From sequence record MT612988.1: DNA of 64,000 nt; one strand, written 5' to 3'. Every line of letters begins with the position of its first letter. Position 1 is the first letter of the stretch. Position numbers and translations under genes: made by a program. Below are positions 18,501-26,231 of this stretch, piece after piece. Below the pieces are notes generated by a model, which was not told the DNA's origin, ran no database searches, and was given only the letters and a program-made list of their open reading frames with translations.

Positions 18501-19075
18501 ATTACTATAATCTCTGCTTTACCTGCGTAACCTTTTTGAAATACAAAGTGCGCATACTCAATCGAGTCTGTGCCTTTTGTACCGTGAAATGATGGTCTTC
18601 GATGATGAACCATCACTGCTCTCAGGGGTGCTTCATCCCAGAAAGGCTTTCGTTTGATACTACCTAGCCAGTTAAGACGTTGTAGCATGACAACATAACC
18701 ACCATTCTTGACTTCGCTCAGTGCTTTCTCTGCAAAATCAACTGATAAGCTGAACGGTGGGTTAGTCATGATCATATCGTAGTAATTCACTTGAACATCA
18801 GCTTCAAGATAGTTCGCGATAATTTGCGCGTGACTGTCTTCGCGAATGTCCATTGTGTCAATATCAACATGATACAAACTCTTGTATGCTACGGGATATG
18901 CTGCTTTGTGTTCTGAACAACCACCACATGATGGGTCGAGCACGTACATACCTGCCATGCTCTTCTCGTGCTCATGCTGAATGCGAGTTTCAAACTCTAG
19001 TAGAAACTCTTCAACAATCCAGTCTGGCGTAGCGTAGTAATCGTCTTTGTTGACTTTACCTTTTGTGCTACTCAT
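18497..19075 (-). CDS. DNA N6-adenine (amino) methyltransferase
   Basis: DDYYATP, VLDPSCGG (motif I), MTNPPF (motif IV). Confidence 0.85.
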   Translation of the reverse strand: MSSTKGKVNKDDYYATPDWIVEEFLLEFETRIQHEHEKSMAGMYVLDPSCGGCSEHKAAYPVAYKSLYHVDIDTMDIREDSHAQIIANYLEADVQVNYYDMIMTNPPFSLSVDFAEKALSEVKNGGYVVMLQRLNWLGSIKRKPFWDEAPLRAVMVHHRRPSFHGTKGTDSIEYAHFVFQKGYAGKAEIIVI

Positions 19076-19077
19076 TT

Positions 19078-19611
19078 TTAACCGTGTACTGTTAAGTATT
19101 TGTCGCGACCAATTTCGTAGATATTACCTTCTGCGTCAAGGTCGATGAATACATCACGCCAGTTGATGTTGCTGCTTACAATGACAGGCATATCTTCTAA
19201 GCGAATACCCATTAGCTCAGACGTTACATGTCTTGCATAGTCTTCGCTTGTGCCTTCGAACACCCAACAGTCACTGATTTTCTCGGCTGCATCTTCGAAT
19301 GACATACAAACGTTGTTATTATACAATGCTTCGCAGATTTCACGTTCTTGTTCATCGAGATTAAACCAAGCAAGTAGACCGTCGAAGTCTAATTCTTCGT
19401 CTTGTAAATCACATGGCATGTTGTGCCATTCAAATGCTACATAAGCTGTTCCCTCATGGTTGTCCAAAAAGTCTTTGAACTCTGACGGGCAAACAGTGTA
19501 GTAATTCAGCATGCCAGCACATGAGACAGTAACAGCAACTTCATCGTCCACATGCTCAATCGATAACGATCTTAGCTCTTCTTCACGTTCACTCAAGTTC
19601 ATAGTCTTCAC
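19078..19611 (-). CDS. ArdA-like antirestriction (DNA mimic) protein
   Basis: Very acidic; C-terminal pattern FEGTSEDYARHV...LEDMPVIVSSNINWRDVFIDL resembles ArdA; first gene after a promoter. Confidence 0.55.
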   Translation of the reverse strand: MKTMNLSEREEELRSLSIEHVDDEVAVTVSCAGMLNYYTVCPSEFKDFLDNHEGTAYVAFEWHNMPCDLQDEELDFDGLLAWFNLDEQEREICEALYNNNVCMSFEDAAEKISDCWVFEGTSEDYARHVTSELMGIRLEDMPVIVSSNINWRDVFIDLDAEGNIYEIGRDKYLTVHG

Positions 19612-19635
19612 TCACATAAATTGTTTCAAGGACTG

Positions 19636-19665
19636 TATAGTACGATCAAAAAAGGGGACTGTCAA
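19636..19665 (-). promoter_or_regulatory. Sigma70-type early promoter
   Basis: Minus strand TTGACA-17 bp-TACTAT. Confidence 0.65.
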
Positions 19666-19692
19666 CAACTTTCTCAAGTTATTTTCAATCCC

Positions 19693-19741
19693 CTAATATT
19701 ACTAATATCTCTAACTTCACTAAAACTACTAATACTACTAA
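19693..19741. repeat. Degenerate 9-bp tandem repeat (CTAA core x6)
   Basis: CTAA at 19693, 19702, 19711, 19720, 19729 and 19738; intergenic. Confidence 0.8.
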
Positions 19742-19771
19742 GATGATGCCCAATTTTTGGGCCTCAGTTGG

Positions 19772-20323
19772 TTATTTCGCTTCGCTCTTCTTGTTCTTTT
19801 TAACCAGATTCCAGAATCGAAAGCCCAATTTCTTGATTTGCTTTAACTGCTCTTCGATTGTCATCTTTCCACCATGTAGACGTTTTGGCATTCTTACTTC
19901 TCTTGCATTGAGAAAACCATCTACTTCGATTATACCAGCCCACTCAGGTACATCAGCATGGTCTACAAGACCTTGCGGGAATGCATACCAGAAGTAATTG
20001 CTCATTTTACCATCTTGCAATGCATCACGTTTTGGTGTTTTGGTATACTTGTCACGCCAGTGATCGTAAGACTCATTTTCGATTAGAACAGTTTTCTGCT
20101 CGTCAACTCGATAATCTGCTTTAGATACTTTGATTTCAATCTCATCACATAAACCACTTGGTCGAATACCAAATAAATCAGCTTCATTATCGAACTTGGT
20201 GTAACAGTTTGGTATAACCGCTGTGTATCTCTTGTGAATCCATACGCTTTGTACGGCAATTGCGTACTGTACATCTGCTTCTGTAATGTCTTTTGTGTCT
20301 TTCTCTTTTTTCATAAATGCCAT
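19772..20323 (-). CDS. MmcB-like PD-(D/E)XK nuclease
   Basis: EADLFGI...EIEIKVSKADYRVD, NYFWYAFP, WAGII motifs. Confidence 0.7.
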   Translation of the reverse strand: MAFMKKEKDTKDITEADVQYAIAVQSVWIHKRYTAVIPNCYTKFDNEADLFGIRPSGLCDEIEIKVSKADYRVDEQKTVLIENESYDHWRDKYTKTPKRDALQDGKMSNYFWYAFPQGLVDHADVPEWAGIIEVDGFLNAREVRMPKRLHGGKMTIEEQLKQIKKLGFRFWNLVKKNKKSEAK

Positions 20324-20375
20324 GATAAGTCTCACTCATATACTGTTATGAGTACTTATGTCATGTTTCAGATAC

Positions 20376-20399
20376 AAAAAAAGCTCCCGAAGGAGCTTT
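20376..20399 (-). terminator. Intrinsic terminator
   Basis: GCTCC-TTCG-GGAGC plus T7 on the minus strand. Confidence 0.8.
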
Positions 20400-20523
20400 A
20401 TCTATCGCGATAATTATCATCGCCGCAGTCAGGACACGACCAGAATATAATGCCACATACACTTGTTTCATTCCTGTTCGTGTGCTTGCAGTATAGTTTA
20501 CGAAAGTGTTTAAAAAGTACCAT
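20398..20523 (-). CDS. Small Cys-rich protein (41 aa, not in ORF track)
   Basis: MVLFKHFRKLYCKHT...VCG...WSCPDCG; overlaps the rnl2 stop. Confidence 0.45.
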   Translation of the reverse strand: MVLFKHFRKLYCKHTNRNETSVCGIIFWSCPDCGDDNYRDR

Positions 20524-21517
20524 CAACGATATTCAACCAGTTCTTACGCAAGATCTCGTTGGCTACATTGACTAGAGAACGCTTGATAACATCCCAATCA
20601 TCACGAGGGATTGCTACTTCGTCTCGTTCGTCACGTTCAAACTCATCTTTCGCGTCTTTGACAAACAAACCACTTACCATACCGAACTGCTTCGCTTCAA
20701 CTTTGCCGATCTTACTCAGTACATTGCGCAAGCGGTTTTCAGTTAGATAACAACTAAATGCAGCGTGCAGTTTTTCTTGTTCTTCTGTAAGAACAACTTT
20801 AGCTCGCGGCGTTTTTCCCTGCTTATTCTTTTTCTCTTTGAATTTCTCATTCTTAACCTTCAAGATTGCACGAGAACCGTTGTGTAAGCGTTTCTCCGCT
20901 TTCAATTGCTTAACTACGAACCCTTCTGCTACGTTTTCACTATCAACGTCAGCGGGCGTGTGAAAGCTTCTGAAGAGGGGATCGATTTTAAGTAGTTCAT
21001 CAAGTGTACCGCGTGCGATTTCGTGAGTCGTCTTGACTCCAGCAAACTTACATGCTTTGAGCACAACATCCCAATCTAGAAACTCACCGGTTTCTGGGCA
21101 TAAGATATCGTAAGCCCAGAAATCTTTATCACCGTAGTTGACTTCTTTTTGAATGCCTTTACCTGCAAGTTCACCATAGACGATGATCGTTTCATCGTTT
21201 TTGATAAAATCATTGGCAAATAGCCAATTTGAGATATCTTGCATTTTTTCGATGTGAGCTTCTACAACGCTCGTACAACCGTAGAAGTCGTAATCACCCA
21301 TAGCATTAGCGCCAATAGTAGAAGTGCGTTTAGCGGGCGTTACAGACATCTCTCCAGGTACTTCCTCAGTGCTTGGTTTGAATTCGACGATAAAACTGAA
21401 GTTGGCACCGTGGATCTTCTCAAGAGCTACCCATTCTTTGACGCCAAGCATGTCACATTTGTCTACGAATGCTTGACGGTAGCTGTTTTCTAATGATGTG
21501 TATTTCACAAAGCTCAT
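20510..21517 (-). CDS. rnl2: RNA ligase 2
   Basis: Motif I EKIHGANFS, YGELAG, EGFVVK, ILKVKNEKFKE. Confidence 0.92.
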   Translation of the reverse strand: MSFVKYTSLENSYRQAFVDKCDMLGVKEWVALEKIHGANFSFIVEFKPSTEEVPGEMSVTPAKRTSTIGANAMGDYDFYGCTSVVEAHIEKMQDISNWLFANDFIKNDETIIVYGELAGKGIQKEVNYGDKDFWAYDILCPETGEFLDWDVVLKACKFAGVKTTHEIARGTLDELLKIDPLFRSFHTPADVDSENVAEGFVVKQLKAEKRLHNGSRAILKVKNEKFKEKKNKQGKTPRAKVVLTEEQEKLHAAFSCYLTENRLRNVLSKIGKVEAKQFGMVSGLFVKDAKDEFERDERDEVAIPRDDWDVIKRSLVNVANEILRKNWLNIVDGTF

Positions 21518-21526
21518 AATTTTACC

Positions 21527-21787
21527 TTAAATTCCTAAAAAACGTTCACGATGTGCAAGCTCTTCATGACTTGCGATTTCTTTTTCTATTTCGATCTCAT
21601 TGTAAGAGATTCGACCTTTTGAATCTGACAACATGATGATTGTCACTTCTGGGTTGAATTCGATTTCGAACTCTGGCGTGATATAACGCTCTCGACCATC
21701 TTCAAAGTATCGAACTTCGACGACGCTGAATTCACATATCGCAAGAGTTTCGAGTCGTTGTCTTAAATGTCTCAATTTCATTGTCAT
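21527..21787 (-). CDS. Hypothetical protein
   Basis: Start moved to MTMKLRHL (AAGGA SD); TTGACT-17-TACAAT promoter at about 21814-21842. Confidence 0.6.
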   Translation of the reverse strand: MTMKLRHLRQRLETLAICEFSVVEVRYFEDGRERYITPEFEIEFNPEVTIIMLSDSKGRISYNEIEIEKEIASHEELAHRERFLGI

Positions 21788-21859
21788 ATTCCTTATATGA
21801 ATTTGCCTTCTCATTGTACATATAAACAATAGCATAGTCAATAACTTTTTGAGAAAAAC

Positions 21860-22366
21860 ATGAGCAAACAACTTAAACAATCAGAACTGACAGAATGCCG
21901 TAATGAACTAATCATGGATCAATTGGACAGATGTGTGTTGTGCGGTACTAAATTGAGTGAAGAGAAAAGCACGCCACATACTGACCACGACCACAACACG
22001 GGGCATATTCGAGGCGTTCTGTGTCGAGCGTGCAATACTTACGAAGGCGTTGTGATTCATAAGTTTACAAGAAGTGGTTTGAAAGGTCGTGGAATTGATT
22101 ACATTCAGTGGCTTAAAAATCTAGTAGAATACCTAGAAGCTGATTACTCAGATAATGATTATCACCCTCAGCACCCAAAAGATCAAACTAAGATCTTCAG
22201 TCGATTAAAACTGCAAGAGCAAAAAGAACATTTAGACAGTCTAGGTATTAAGTACCCAGAGGGTGCGAAGAAAAGCGAATTGGAAAAGATTTACAGAAAG
22301 AGTTTCTTGAATAACCCGCGTTGTGATTTTGACAACAACAAGTATGGTTATGGAGATGACGAATAG
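21860..22366 (+). CDS. 49: Endonuclease VII (Holliday junction resolvase, gp49 homolog)
   Basis: CxxC...DHDH...RGVLCRACN, plus the T4 gp49-type RSGLKG.G.DY..WL.NL..YL..DY...HP dimerisation region. Confidence 0.85.
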   Translation: MSKQLKQSELTECRNELIMDQLDRCVLCGTKLSEEKSTPHTDHDHNTGHIRGVLCRACNTYEGVVIHKFTRSGLKGRGIDYIQWLKNLVEYLEADYSDNDYHPQHPKDQTKIFSRLKLQEQKEHLDSLGIKYPEGAKKSELEKIYRKSFLNNPRCDFDNNKYGYGDDE

Positions 22367-22367
22367 C

Positions 22368-22397
22368 AAAAAGGGAGCAATTAGCTCCCTTTTTTTT
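22368..22397. terminator. Bidirectional intrinsic terminator
   Basis: A5-GGGAGC-AATTA-GCTCCC-T8; exact inverted copy of the hairpin at 12172. Confidence 0.85.
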
Positions 22398-22785
22398 ATA
22401 CAATGATAGTTTCAGTACCGATTGTAATGACTGTTTGTGTCTTGACTTCAATCGTGTTGTTCATGTCTTCGTTCAAGCTGATCATTTCTTCAATGTCATC
22501 GCTCTCGAATGCTTCATGGTCGAACATGATTTCAGTGATTGACCAATCTTCGCCTTGAGACTCACTCCAAGCCAGTGCCATATCGCGCTGTTCTTCATGA
22601 ATGAAAACTTCAGCTTCTGTTTCAGAATGCTTACCGTCTAGGTCACTGAAATAAAAGCTAAATGCGCAAATCGCATCTTCATATTTCTCAACGAACTCAG
22701 CCGTAACCCAGCACGTGTGTGCTGCGGTCGCGTTGCTGTAGTAGCCAGTTGCTGATACTTCAATTAGTCTAAGATTGTCGTTCAT
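22396..22785 (-). CDS. Hypothetical acidic protein
   Basis: Start moved to MNDNLRLIEV (GAGG SD). Confidence 0.65.
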   Translation of the reverse strand: MNDNLRLIEVSATGYYSNATAAHTCWVTAEFVEKYEDAICAFSFYFSDLDGKHSETEAEVFIHEEQRDMALAWSESQGEDWSITEIMFDHEAFESDDIEEMISLNEDMNNTIEVKTQTVITIGTETIIV

Positions 22786-22787
22786 TG

Positions 22788-23126
22788 TTATGCCTCGTCG
22801 TCGCGATATACAGCCGCGATGTTTTTGTAGTGTGTATGCACCCATAGCGCACGATCTTGATCGTCTGGCTTCATGATACCTTCGATAATGCGTGGGTCAG
22901 GTACGTTTTTGATATTACCTAGTGGTAATAGAACTTTGTCACCTACTTTGATGACCTTTTGGTCTACGTCTTCGCCGACAGAAATCACAATACCGTGAAG
23001 CGGAACTTCGGGTTGAGTAGCACGCCCGAGAACGATACCACCTTCAGATTTGATTTCTTCACCTTCTTTAACTGCTTTAGTGTCGATGATGATTTGTTCG
23101 CCCATTGCGTGTGCTTTAAGTGTCAT
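22788..23126 (-). CDS. 31: GroES-like co-chaperonin gp31
   Basis: LKAHAMGEQIII...EIKSEGGIVLG...GIVISVG...KVGDKVLLP, THYKNI. Confidence 0.88.
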   Translation of the reverse strand: MTLKAHAMGEQIIIDTKAVKEGEEIKSEGGIVLGRATQPEVPLHGIVISVGEDVDQKVIKVGDKVLLPLGNIKNVPDPRIIEGIMKPDDQDRALWVHTHYKNIAAVYRDDEA

Positions 23127-23332
23127 TATTTCTCTCGTCTTTTGTATTTGTTTCGTGTTGCTTCAAATGCTGCAATGCGTTCGTCTGTAGCTTTCTTTCG
23201 CTCTTCAAACTCACGACATTTCTTGCGCATATTACCATCTTCGATGTCATAATCTCGACTCTCAGGACCACGTTGGTCCCAACCAATCCAGAAGTTATTC
23301 ACGTCATCGAGTAATTCTTTTTCTGTAGCCAT
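23126..23332 (-). CDS. Hypothetical protein
   Basis: Coupled to gene 31. Confidence 0.6.
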   Translation of the reverse strand: MATEKELLDDVNNFWIGWDQRGPESRDYDIEDGNMRKKCREFEERKKATDERIAAFEATRNKYKRREK

Positions 23333-23426
23333 TATATAGTTCTCACGAAAGTTGATGATTTGATGAGTTAGGGCCCATCACTCCTATTTGTTGATCGCTG
23401 TTTTATCAGCGCACTGCGACCGTCTC

Positions 23427-23636
23427 TCAGTGCGGACTATTTAGTTCAAACCCGCGGAAGTCGTCGTATGTTCTTGTGTATACGTCGCCTAGTTCGCTCG
23501 TGTAAGTGATAGCATTGTACCACTTACCGTCGAACTTGAGTTTGCCTTTACTCGTTACTGTATACACATTGCTCGTCTTCTTGTGAATAATACACTGTCC
23601 GACGCGCAAGTGTTCAGCAAACGGGTCTTTAATCAA
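23427..23636 (-). CDS. Hypothetical protein (DUF1653-like)
   Basis: HKKTSNVYTV...AITY...VYTRTYDDF pattern. Confidence 0.5.
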   Translation of the reverse strand: MIKDPFAEHLRVGQCIIHKKTSNVYTVTSKGKLKFDGKWYNAITYTSELGDVYTRTYDDFRGFELNSPH

Positions 23637-23904
23637 ACGATTTCACTTCGCGTAAATTAGCTCGTTTAAACGAACGCCAGCCATTAGCTTCGAGATCGAA
23701 GTAACCGCATGTCGCTTTTTGCTTTTCTGTTTTCTCTGGCTTTGTCTCACCTTCAGCTAAAGGCTTTTCTTTCGGGTGAAACTCAGCAGGGATGAAATCG
23801 AGATTGCGCGTACCAGTTACAGTCTTAATAGAACCATCTGCTTTCTCAAATTCAAATGTGACTTTACCATTTTTCAGCAAGTCGTCGATATTCACTTCAA
23901 TCAT
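23629..23904 (-). CDS. WYL-like/SH3 phage protein (DUF2693-like)
   Basis: FEFEKADGSIKTVTGTRN...YFDLEANGWRSF. Confidence 0.7.
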   Translation of the reverse strand: MIEVNIDDLLKNGKVTFEFEKADGSIKTVTGTRNLDFIPAEFHPKEKPLAEGETKPEKTEKQKATCGYFDLEANGWRSFKRANLREVKSFD

Positions 23905-23913
23905 GTTTTAACC

Positions 23914-24522
23914 TCACATAAAGAAATAGGGATTTTCAAGAGTCTTGAACTCGTTTACGACTGTCATCTTAAACGTCTTCAAGTCGATGTTAAACACTTT
24001 ATTTGGCTCAACATGCTCTGGAGTTAAAATCGTTCGCGTGCTGCTAAACGATGTACCGTCTTCGCTCATGAACAACGGGCTAATTTCATTACGAAATACA
24101 CGCAAATTGCCGTTAATGAAGTGAAAACAAGCAAACGTACCGTCAAGTTCGTTTAATTTGCCGTAGCAAATCGCTTCAGCGATGTGTGCAGTATCCCATT
24201 CTTGAGTCTGTTTTTTCATGTAATGATCTTTAAGAATGCCATTATGCCACACGTGTGAATCATGCAACTGACCGTTCTCTTCAATTGTTACAATAGCGGG
24301 ATGTGCTTGAGCACTTGTTCCCGTTGGTGCTTGTACATGACAGATATAAAAATCTGCACTATCAGGCACATTAGTTGTATTGAACGCCCCTGTAAACTTG
24401 TGAACCGTCACATGACCGTTCTTAAACGTACTCACAGAGTGAGTACGCGAACCACGATGAATATTACTCTTTGACAATTCAATAAGCTCTTGCTTGCTTC
24501 TAGCAGCAAATAGTCCACACAT
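23914..24522 (-). CDS. Class II (Ntn) glutamine amidotransferase domain protein
   Basis: N-terminal MCG nucleophile, RG.., AHP, WHNGI, DT and GTFA motifs; coupled to queC. Confidence 0.75.
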   Translation of the reverse strand: MCGLFAARSKQELIELSKSNIHRGSRTHSVSTFKNGHVTVHKFTGAFNTTNVPDSADFYICHVQAPTGTSAQAHPAIVTIEENGQLHDSHVWHNGILKDHYMKKQTQEWDTAHIAEAICYGKLNELDGTFACFHFINGNLRVFRNEISPLFMSEDGTSFSSTRTILTPEHVEPNKVFNIDLKTFKMTVVNEFKTLENPYFFM

Positions 24523-25238
24523 TAATGACCTGCCTTAGCAAATACTTGTTCCCATGGGATATCAATCGAGTAAGGTGCTGGGTCTTTAATACCCGCTTTA
24601 CCGAAGTTCATGATGCGTTCAGCACATGACGGACATTTACCACAGCTTTCACCTGCTTCGTTAGGGTCGTAACACGTTAGACTATCTTCAAACGGTACAC
24701 CGAGCTTAACACCAATAGCGATTTCATCTGCCTTTGACATACGAGCGAACGGAGCAAGTAATGCAATCTCGTGTTGACGATTCAGTGCAGATAGATTGTT
24801 CATGCCGTCAAGAAAGTCTTGTGTGCAGTCCCAGTAACCGTATGCGTCATGCACTTGAATGCCAGTAAAAACCGCTGCACAGCCATTTGCTTGCGCGAAT
24901 GAGAACGCGATTGTGTTCAATAGCATATTACGATATGGAACTTCAGTTGGCGGTTGAGGGTCGCCTAGAACGTCTTGAATAGTTGGCATAGCAACATCTG
25001 AACCAGCGATATTTGCACATACAGGTGCTACCACTTCACCTAAGAATGAGATGTCGATTAGACGATGCTCGATACCGAGCTTTTGACAAGTCAATTTAGC
25101 TTTTTCTAGCTCAATTGACTGTTTTTGACCGTAGTAGAACGATAATGCAAACACATTGTCTTTGCCGTATTCATCTACTAGTTTGTACGTAAGGATTGTT
25201 GAGTCCAAGCCACCGCTTAGAACAGATACTACTTTCAT
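24522..25238 (-). CDS. queC: 7-cyano-7-deazaguanine synthase
   Basis: Start moved to MKVVSVLSGGLDS; YGQK, VPYRN, YWDC, TCY, CGKCPSC. Confidence 0.92.
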   Translation of the reverse strand: MKVVSVLSGGLDSTILTYKLVDEYGKDNVFALSFYYGQKQSIELEKAKLTCQKLGIEHRLIDISFLGEVVAPVCANIAGSDVAMPTIQDVLGDPQPPTEVPYRNMLLNTIAFSFAQANGCAAVFTGIQVHDAYGYWDCTQDFLDGMNNLSALNRQHEIALLAPFARMSKADEIAIGVKLGVPFEDSLTCYDPNEAGESCGKCPSCAERIMNFGKAGIKDPAPYSIDIPWEQVFAKAGH

Positions 25239-25293
25239 TTTTAACCTCTCAAGTATATGAGTGCTCACAATTGAACACTCATCATAGCTCTTA

Positions 25294-26202
25294 TTACTGA
25301 CGGAATAAACAACTTCCGTTAGTGTGCGAGACAACTTCACTACCAAGTGCTTCTGGTAGTAGTTCTTCATGCGTTGCACGTGCTGGGCAGATATTCCAAC
25401 CGCCGCGACGTGTGTATAACGCTGTTACCATAAGCTCTTGTGGGTCGAACTTATCAAGTAACGCTTTGTAAATCATTTCAACACATTCTTCATGGAAATG
25501 ATTCTCTTTACGGAATGACACGATGTATTGCATGAGACTGTCAATAGTTGGTGTTTTTTCACCTTTCATGTATACATACAGATCACCGAAATCTGGTTGA
25601 TGCGTCACGCGACAGTTAGAACGTAGATTCGGCGTGAACACTTTCATGCGCTTCACGTGAGATTCTTGCAGTAAATCAGCATCTGCACCGCTTTCTGAGT
25701 CGAATACAGTGTCTTCAGATACGTATTTGTCGAGTTCTGCATACCCTGTCATACCGTGCGGTTGTGTTGATCTGACTGTGAAGAAGCTCACTTGTACTTC
25801 AGCACCGATGACTTCAGATAGATCACGCGACGCGATAGCTTCAATTGCACCTTGTACTTCAGCACGAGTCGCAGCGACTTTAGCCATGTTGAAGCTGTTC
25901 CAATACAGTTTCATTGATTTACTTTCAACGATATTCGGTGAATCGCTTGGGTACACGACTTTCGCCATACCAGATACAGGCAGACCTTGTTCAGTCAGTG
26001 CCGATACTTCGAAGCCATGCCATGTATCAAACCCTGCAAAGTCTTCGTTTGTGATACCGTAATCAGTTCGATTTAGCTCACGCGGGATTGGTACAAGTAA
26101 ATCTGGTCGAACGTCTACGATATTAACGAAATCGCTGTAATCGCCAGCTTTTTTACCTAAATGCTCAGCCGCAATAGCTGATACTTCATCATAATTGCTC
26201 AT
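25294..26202 (-). CDS. queF: NADPH-dependent preQ0 reductase (bimodular QueF)
   Basis: VESKSMKLYWNSF; catalytic SNCRVTHQPD; HFHEECVE; YTRRGG. Confidence 0.88.
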   Translation of the reverse strand: MSNYDEVSAIAAEHLGKKAGDYSDFVNIVDVRPDLLVPIPRELNRTDYGITNEDFAGFDTWHGFEVSALTEQGLPVSGMAKVVYPSDSPNIVESKSMKLYWNSFNMAKVAATRAEVQGAIEAIASRDLSEVIGAEVQVSFFTVRSTQPHGMTGYAELDKYVSEDTVFDSESGADADLLQESHVKRMKVFTPNLRSNCRVTHQPDFGDLYVYMKGEKTPTIDSLMQYIVSFRKENHFHEECVEMIYKALLDKFDPQELMVTALYTRRGGWNICPARATHEELLPEALGSEVVSHTNGSCLFRQ

Positions 26203-26231
26203 GTATACCTCATAAAGAGCGCCCGTAGGCG

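Noticed and set aside
21860-22366. Calling this ORF an HNH/EndoVII-type homing endonuclease
   Set aside because: It carries the gp49 C-terminal dimerisation region, so a true resolvase homolog fits better.
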